The translations under genes were made by a program, and so were the position numbers. From Mobula hypostoma (taxonomy: Eukaryota), in assembly GCF_963921235.1 (NCBI RefSeq), contig NC_086097.1:109804001-109868000 (forward strand): a DNA stretch of 64,000 nt, written 5' to 3'. Numbering within the stretch: the first letter of the stretch is position 1; each line of letters starts with the position of its first letter. Shown in pieces: positions 58,071-64,000 of this stretch. Under the pieces are notes generated by a model. The model was not told the origin of the DNA and did not search any database. It saw only the letters and a list, made by a program, of their open reading frames with translations.

Positions 58071-60751
58071 GCTGTGTCAAAAATCTCCTTCTGACATCAG
58101 CCCTCCAAACTCCTTAATTGTTCCCAGTCTCTTTGCCTCTGTCACTAACCCCGGCAGGGCATTCCACACGTCCACTACACCCTGTGTCAAATATCTGCTT
58201 CTGACATCAGCCCTCCAAACACCTGAAATGTTTACAATCTCTCTACCTCTATCACTAACCCTGGCAGGGCATTCCATACACCCACTACACACTGTGTCAA
58301 AAATCTGCTTCTGACATCAGCCCTCCAAACACCATAAATCTTCCAAATCTCTCTACCTCTATCACAAACCCTGGCAGGGCATTCCACACACCCACTACAC
58401 CCTGTGTCAAAAATCTGCTTCTGACATCAGCCCTCCAAGCACCCTTAATCTTCCCAATCTCTCTGCCTCTTTCACGAACCCCGGCAGGGCATTCCACACG
58501 TCCACTACACCTTGCGTTAAAAATCTACTTCTGACATCAGTACTCCAAACTCCTTAAATGTTCCCAATATCTCTGCCTCTATCATTAACCATGGCAGGGC
58601 ATTTCACACACCCATTAAACACTGTGTCAAAAATCTGCTTCTGACATCATCCTTCCAAACACCCTTAATCTTCCCAATCTCTCTGCCTCTGGCACTAACC
58701 CAGGCAGGGCGTTCCACACACCCACGACACCCTTTGTCAAAAATCTACTTCTGACATCAGCCCTCCAAACACCTTAATTATTCCCAATCTCTCTGCCTCT
58801 TTCACTAACCCTGGTAGGGCATTCCACACGTCCACTACACCCTGCGAACACAATCTACTTCTGACATCAGTCCTCCAAACTCCTTAATTCTTCCCAGTCT
58901 CTCTGTCTCTGACACTAACCCCGGCAGGGCATTCCACACGTCCACTACACCGTGTCAAAGATCTGCTTCTAACATCAGCCCTGCAAACACCTTAAATCTT
59001 CCCAATCTCACTACCTCTATCACTAACACTGGCAGGGCATTCCACACACCCACCACACCCTGCATCAAATATCTACTTCTGCCATCAGCCCTCCAAACAC
59101 ATTACATGTTCCCAATCTCTCTTCCTCCGTCACTAACCCTGGCAGGGCGTTCCACACACCCACTACAGCCTGTGTCCAAAATCTACTTCTGACATCAGCC
59201 CCCCAAACACCTTAAAAGTTTCCAATCTCTCTGCTTCTATCACTAACCGTGGCAGGGCATTCCACACCCCCACTGCACCCTGTGTCAAATATCTACTTCT
59301 GACATCAGCCCTCCAAACACCTTAAATGTTCCCAATCTCTTTACTTCTCTCACTAACCCTGGTAGAGCATTCCACACGTCCACTGCACCCTGCGTAAACA
59401 ATCTACTTCTGACATAAGCACTGCAAACTCCTTATTTGTTCCCAGTCTCTCTGCCTTTGTCACTAACCCCGGCAGGGCATTCCACACGTCCACTACACTG
59501 TGTCAAAAATCTGCTTCTGACATCAGTCCTCTGAACACCTTAAATCTTCCCAATCTCACTACCTCCTTCACTAACACTGCAGGGCATTCCACACACCCAC
59601 CACACCCTGCGTCAAATATCTACTTCTGTCATCAGCCCTCCAAACACCTTAGATTTTCCCAATCTCTCTCCCTCTGTCACTAACCCTGGCAGGGCATTCC
59701 ACACGTCCACTACACCCTGTGTCAAAAATCTGCTTCTAACATCAGCCCTGCAAACACCTTAATCTTCCCAATCTCACAACCTCTATCACTAACACTGGCA
59801 GGGCATTCCACACACCCACCACACCCTGAGTCAAATATCTACTTCTGACATCAGCCCTCCAAACACCTTAAATGCTCCCAATCACTCTGCCTCTATCACT
59901 AACCCTTGCGGGACATTCCACACATCTACTAAACCCTGTGTCAAAAATCTACTTCTGACATCAGCCCTCTAAACACCTTAAATGTTCCCAATCTCTCTGC
60001 CTCTGTCAATAACCCTGGGAGGGCATTCCACACGTCCACTACACGCTGTGTCAAAAATCTGCTTCTGACATCAGCCGTCCAAGCACCTTTAATCTTCCCA
60101 ATCTCTCTGCCTCTAGCACTAACCCTGGCAGGGGTTCCACACACCCACTACAGCCTGTGTCCAAAATCTACTTCTGACATCAGCCCCCCAAACACCTTAA
60201 ATGTTCCCAATCTCTCTGCCTCTGTCACTCACACTGGCAGGGCATTCCACACGTCCACTACACCCTGTGTCAAAAATCTGCTTCTAACATCAGCCCTGCA
60301 AACACCTTAAATCTTCCCAATCTCACTACCTCTATCACTAACACTGGCAGGGCATTCCACACACCCACCACACCCTGCGTCAAATATCTACTTCTGACAT
60401 CAGCCCTCCAAACACATTACATGTTCCCAATCTCTCTTCCTCCATCACTAACCCTTGCAGGGAATTCCACACATCTACTACACCTTGTGTCAAAAATCTG
60501 CTTCTGACATCAACCCTCTAAACACCTTAAATGTTCCCAATCTCTCTGCTTCTCTCACTAACCCTGGTAGAGCATTCCACACGTCCACTGCAACCTGCGT
60601 AAACAATCTACTTCTGACATAAGCACTGCAAACTCCTTAATTGTTCCCAGTCTCTCTTCCTCCATCACTGACCCTGGCAGGGCATTCCACACGTCCACTA
60701 CAACCTGTGTCAAAAATCTGTTTCTGACATCATCCCTCCAAACAGCTTATA

Positions 60752-61430
60752 TTTATGCTCCTCATATTAACTATTTCTGCCCTGCTGAAACATCTCTGGC
60801 TGTCCACTCCATCATTTTGCACACATCTATCAGTTCACCATTCATCCTTCTCTCCAAAGAGAAAAGCCCAAGCTCTCTTAATCTATCCTCATAAGATATG
60901 CTTTCAAATCTAGGTAGCATCCTGGTAAAGCTCCTCTGCACCTTTGCTAAAGCTCTCCACATCCCTCCTATAATGAGGCAACCAGATACGTGCACAATAT
61001 TTCAAGTATGGCATAACCAGAGTGTTATAGAGCTACAACATTACCCCCTGGCTCTTGAATTTGATCCTCCGATTACTGAAAGCTTTCACACCATACAATT
61101 TATTCACCGTCTTATCAATTTGTGTTCCGATTTTGAGGGATTTATGGACATCGACTCCACAATATCTCTGTTCCTCCTCACAGTTAAAATTCTGCCTTTA
61201 ACTCCGCATTTTTCCTTCAATCCAAAGTAAATCATTTCGCACTGTTTTATAATGAAATTCATTCGCCACTTCTCAGTTCTGCTCTGCATCCAATCAATGT
61301 CTCGCTGAAATCGATGACAATTTTCCACACTACTCGCAGTACCACCAACCTTCATGTTATCTGCAAACTTACTAATGCACCCTACCACTTCCTCATTCAC
61401 ATCACTATTAAAACTCACAAAGAGCAGGGC
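60752..61430 (-). mobile_element. Decayed, 5'-truncated CR1-type non-LTR retrotransposon, ORF2 (end of RT domain and C-terminal region), contiguous with the satellite
   Basis: Minus-strand translation across frameshifts and a stop gives ALLFVSFNSDVNEEVVGCISKFADNMKVGG (RT motif FADD decayed to FADN, 61,356-61,367). It continues FQRDIDWMQSRTEKW, EEQRYCGVDVHKSLK, VML*LYNTLVMPYLKYCARIWLPHYRRDVE, KVQRSFTRMLPRFESISYEDRLRELGLFSLERR and VDSQRCFSRAEIVNMR. These are CR1-clade ORF2 blocks in the expected order. Confidence 0.93.
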
Positions 61431-61439
61431 AACCTGGTA

Positions 61440-61550
61440 CCGGAAATCTGAAAGAAAAGCTGAACTGATAAAAGGATATCCGACTGCAAAAACTCCCCGT
61501 AGACGCTGCTTGACCTGCTGAGTATATCTAGTGTTTCTGGTTTGTAATTT
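61440..61550. mobile_element. Short remnant of a Penelope-like terminal repeat
   Basis: 61,500-61,545 TAGACGCTGCTTGACCTGCTGAGTATATCTAGTG aligns by eye with 63,292-63,326 TAGATGGGGCCTGGCCTGCTGAGTTCCTCCAGCA. It lies where similarity to the first CR1 stops. Confidence 0.5.
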
Positions 61551-61636
61551 GGAAGGGAGGACCATCATTTTTGATGAAACTCCTGAGTTAGTTGAAAAGG
61601 AAGTAGCGATGTTATCTGCATGTGTTCGTATCTAAC

Positions 61637-62186
61637 CATAGAGTCACATAGTCATGGACTCAGACAGCATGGAACAGCCCTTTTGGCCGAATGTGCCTAT
61701 ACTGATTAAGGTTCCACTGAAGCTCGGTGCCCATTTAATTTGCCCACAGTTGGCCCAAGTCCCTCTAGATCATTCCTGTTTATTTACTTAGCTAAATGTC
61801 TTTAAAATGTTGTTATAACATCTGCCTCAACTACTTTCTCTGGCAGCTCATTCGAAATATGCACCACCACTCTCTGCATGAAGAAAAGACTGGTGGGGCA
61901 TATTTGGAATGAAAGTACCCTCTATTTTCATCTTAAACCCCTGTCCTCTCATTTTTGGTTCCCTTTCCCGAGGAGTGCATACCCACTATCTATGGTGCTG
62001 GTGATTTTATATGCTTCTTTAAGGTCACCCCTTAGTGTTCCACGCTCCAAAGAATTAAGTCCTAGCCAGCCCAATTTCCCTATAGCTCAGGCACTCCCAG
62101 CAGTGCTTTTTTTGCAGCCTTTCCAGCTGAATTATATTTTCCATATAGCAGTGTGACCAAAACTCTACACAACGCTCCAAGTGAGG
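61637..62186 (-). mobile_element. Second decayed CR1-type LINE, 3' part (ORF2 C-terminus, 3' UTR and short-repeat tail)
   Basis: The minus strand starts PHLERCVEFWSH at 62,186 and passes GLNSLERGTLRGDL and RGQGFK. It then crosses a segment homologous to the satellite monomer (61,801-61,887) and ends GGCCAAAAGGGCTGTTCCATGCTG...GACTATGTGACTCTATG, which resembles a CR1 3' end with a decayed (CTCTATGA)n-like tail. Confidence 0.82.
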
Positions 62187-62244
62187 AACACACTAAATGC
62201 TGGGGAGCTCAGTAAGCCAGGCAGCATCCATTGAAAAGAGTAAA

Positions 62245-62282
62245 CAGTCGGCGATTCGGGCCAAGACCCTTCGTCGGGACTG
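62245..62282 (-). ncRNA. Degenerate copy of the same hammerhead motif in the inverted arm
   Basis: Minus strand CAGTC-CCGACGA-A-GGGT(CTTG)GCCC-GAAT-C-GCC-GACTG. Stems I and II are intact but three core positions are mutated, so it is probably inactive. Confidence 0.65.
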
Positions 62283-62546
62283 GGAAAGAAAATGAAGAGT
62301 TAGAGCAAGAAGGTGTTTGGGTGGGGGTTGTCAGGGAGAGGAAGCACAAGGCGATAGGTGAAGCTGGGTGAGGGACGAGGTGCAGGGGCAGGTATGGCAC
62401 CTGCTCAGCATGCAAGATAAGCAGCTGGAGGGAAATCAATGGGGAGAGATGAATGGACAAGGGAGTTGCGGAGGGAGTGATTGCTGTGAAAAGCAGAAAG
62501 TTGGGGGGTGGTTGGGGAGGGAAAGACCCACCATCAGGCACCATCA

Positions 62547-62956
62547 CCTTACCCTTGCAAGTGGAACAAATGCCACACTTGCACCTACATCTCCTTCCTC
62601 ACTACCATTCAGGGACCCAAATAGTCCTTCCAGGTGAGGAGGCACTTCACCTGTGAGTTTGTTGGGGTCGTGTGCCATGTTCAGTTCTCCCAGTGTGGCC
62701 TCCTGTATATCAGTGAGACCTGACATAGATTGGGAGACCACTTCACTGAGCACCCACACTCCATCCATCGGGAAAAGCGTGATCTCCCGGTGGTAACCCA
62801 CTTCAATTCTATTTCCCATTCTCATTCTGACATGTCAGTCCATGGCCTCCTCTACTGCTGTGATGAGGCCACACTCAAGTTGGAGGAGAAACACCTTATA
62901 TTCCATCCGGGTAGCGTCCAAACTGATGACATGAAACTCGAGTTCTCAACTTCTGA
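62547..62956 (+). pseudogene. Penelope-type GIY-YIG endonuclease remnant
   Basis: One frame reads PYPCKWNKCHTCTYISFLTTIQGPK*SFQVRRHFTCEFVGVVCHVQFSQCGLLYISET*HRLGDHFTEHPHSIHREKRDLPVVTHFNSISHSHSD...LEEKHLIFHPGSVQTDDMK. This shows a Cys-rich linker, a decayed VIY..CxxC..YIGET..L..R..EH motif, the HF motif and the conserved Glu. In-frame stops lie at 62,622 and 62,721. Confidence 0.85.
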
Positions 62957-63239
62957 TAATTGCCTCCCCTTCAACATTCTCATTCACGATTCCCTCTCTC
63001 ACCTCATCTCCTAATTTTCCCAACACCTCCCTCTGGTGCTCTGCCCCCTTCCCTTTCTTCTATGGTCTTCTACCCTCTCCTATCAGATTCCCCCTTCTCC
63101 AGTTCTTTATCTCTGTCATCTATCAGCCTCCTAGCCCTTTACTTCAACCCTCCCTCTCTCTCAGGTTCACCAATCACCTACCACCTTGTACTTCTTCATC
63201 CCCTCCCCCCACCTTCTTGCTCTGACCTCTTCTTTTTTC

Positions 63240-63277
63240 CAGTCCTGAAGAAGGGTCTCGGCCCGAAACGTCAACTG
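63240..63277 (+). ncRNA. Minimal type I hammerhead ribozyme motif (Penelope pseudo-LTR type), catalytic core intact
   Basis: CAGTC-CTGAAGA-A-GGGT(CTCG)GCCC-GAAA-C-GTC-AACTG. It has the CUGANGA and GAAA core boxes, a 4-bp stem II, a palindromic ACGU in place of stem III and a GUC cleavage triplet at 63,270-63,272. Stem I is CAGUC/AACUG with one mismatch. Confidence 0.8.
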
Positions 63278-63378
63278 TTTACTCTTTTCCATAGATGGGG
63301 CCTGGCCTGCTGAGTTCCTCCAGCATCTTGTGTGTGCTGTTTTAATTTTCATCATCTGCAGATGTTCTCATCTTTGTG

Positions 63379-64000
63379 CTACTCCCGAAGCAGCCTCACC
63401 AATTCCGTGTACAGTTGCAACGTAACATCTCAACTCTTGTACTCAGGGCCTTGATTGATGAAGACCAATAGGTCAAAAACCTTCTTCACCATCCTGTCTA
63501 CCTGTGACATTACTTTCAGGGAAACATTCACCTTACTTTTAAGTTCCTCTATTCTACAGCACCCTGCTAGGTACTACCATTCACTGTATAATTTCTACCT
63601 TGGTTAAACTTACCAAAATGCATCTTAGCTGGATTGGACACCATTTACCAGTCCTTTGCCCACTTACCTAACTGATCAGAACTGGCTTGTAATTTTTGAT
63701 ATTTTTCTTCACTTATTATCACCAGCATATATACTAGCCATGCCTCGTACATTTTCATTAAGTCATTTATATAAATAACATACAACAATGTTTCCACCAC
63801 AGACCACCAGACACAGGCCTCCAGTCGAGGAAATAACTTTCCACTATAAACTTCTGCCTCATAACATCAATTACGAATCCAGTTAGCTAGTTCCTCCCAG
63901 ATGTCTCGCAATATTATCTCCAGACTAGCCTACCATTTGGGCCTTTTTGGGGATTTTTGCTAATGCTCACCATAACAACACCCGCTGCTCAGCGCCTTGG
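63379..64000 (-). mobile_element. Second decayed CR1-type LINE, upstream part (RT domain), continues off the right edge
   Basis: Minus-strand fragments ELANWIR, RQKFIVESYFLDWRPVSG, SVVETLLYVIYINDL, MASIYAGDNK (decayed Y/FADD) and SLKVMSQVDRMVKKVFDLLVFINQGPEYKS*DVTLQLYTELVR. The last block joins PHLERCVEFWS on the other side of the Penelope insertion. Confidence 0.85.

Larger units (their letters stand above)
1..60752. repeat. 110-bp tandem satellite array (~550 monomers, head-to-tail, continues off the left edge), derived from the 3' end of CR1 LINE ORF2
   Basis: Consensus monomer TGACATCAGCCCTCCAAACACCTTAAATGTTCCCAATCTCTCTGCCTCTATCACTAACCCTGGCAGGGCATTCCACAC(GT/AC)CCACTACACCCTGTGTCAAAAATCT(A/G)CTTC (110 nt, e.g. 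411-520). It recurs with no inversion or foreign insertion that I could see, with occasional 1-2 nt indels. The last partial match is AAACAGCTTATAT at ~60,740-60,752. Confidence 0.99.
62187..63378. mobile_element. Penelope-like retroelement remnant, two copies head-to-head (inverted pseudo-LTR structure), inserted into the second CR1
   Basis: Inverted repeat 62,187-62,315 vs 63,210-63,336 (e.g. GAAAAGAGTAAACAGT / ACTGTTTACTCTTTTC). A second internal inverted match links 62,384-62,421 with 62,548-62,586. There is a GIY-YIG-like ORF remnant on the + strand and hammerhead motifs in both arms. CR1 sequence resumes in register on both sides. Confidence 0.85.

Noticed and set aside
581..60144. The many 60-140 aa ORFs on both strands within the array (MQGIPH..., MECPARV..., MFPISLPL...)
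   Set aside because: They are translations of the 110-bp unit, which is not a multiple of 3, so frames shift every monomer and hit stops. Many start at TTG/GTG. They are useful only as HOR markers and as evidence of CR1 ancestry.
1..60752. CRISPR-like or cassette-type array (constant repeats with variable inserts)
   Set aside because: There are no unique spacers. Variation is point substitution spread along the whole unit and copied in HOR register. No cas, integrase or recombinase gene is present, and the context is eukaryotic retroelement DNA.
1..60752. True telomeric tract, CENP-B box, or tandem RNA gene cluster (5S, tRNA, snRNA)
   Set aside because: There are never more than about two consecutive TTAGGG units. 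I saw no TTCG....A..CGGG CENP-B box. The unit shows no recognisable 5S, tRNA or snRNA sequence and is explained by CR1 ORF2.
61104..61568. 154-aa ORF as a functional reverse transcriptase associated with the array
   Set aside because: Only part of it is RT-derived, the catalytic FADD is FADN, the N-terminus comes from unrelated flanking sequence, and the downstream ORF2 has frameshifts and a stop. It is a dead fragment.
60898..63355. Other flank ORFs (60,898; 61,878; 62,209; 62,368; 62,453; 62,544; 62,960; 63,167)
   Set aside because: These are antisense or off-frame readings of CR1 and Penelope remnants, or of low-complexity purine/pyrimidine tracts. None shows independent protein features.
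62187..63378. DNA transposon or MITE suggested by the long terminal inverted repeats
   Set aside because: The interior encodes a GIY-YIG remnant and the arms contain hammerhead motifs, which fits a Penelope-like retroelement with inverted pseudo-LTRs.

Overview
Eukaryotic, vertebrate-type repeat DNA. I can support no intact protein-coding gene. The flanking LINE and Penelope sequences resemble families I recall from sharks and rays, but the taxon is an inference. Positions 1 to ~60,752 are one uninterrupted head-to-tail array of a 110-bp satellite (about 550 monomers, open at the left edge). It is organised into successive higher-order repeats (HORs): a 24/25-mer, a ~45-47-mer and a 12-mer. 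On the minus strand the monomer reads as the C-terminal end of a CR1-type LINE ORF2 (FKVFGG..DVRSRFLTQGVVDVWNALPGLVIEAERLGT). At the right edge the array runs seamlessly and collinearly into a decayed CR1 ORF2 copy (60,752-61,430), at the point where this segment belongs in the element. The window therefore appears to capture the birthplace of a LINE-derived satellite, or a homology-directed junction with one. The last 2.5 kb hold a second decayed CR1, split by a head-to-head Penelope-like element. That element carries a GIY-YIG endonuclease remnant and a minimal hammerhead ribozyme motif in each inverted arm. All ORFs in the supplied track are by-products of these repeats. All alignments were done by eye and the family motifs are recalled, not searched.
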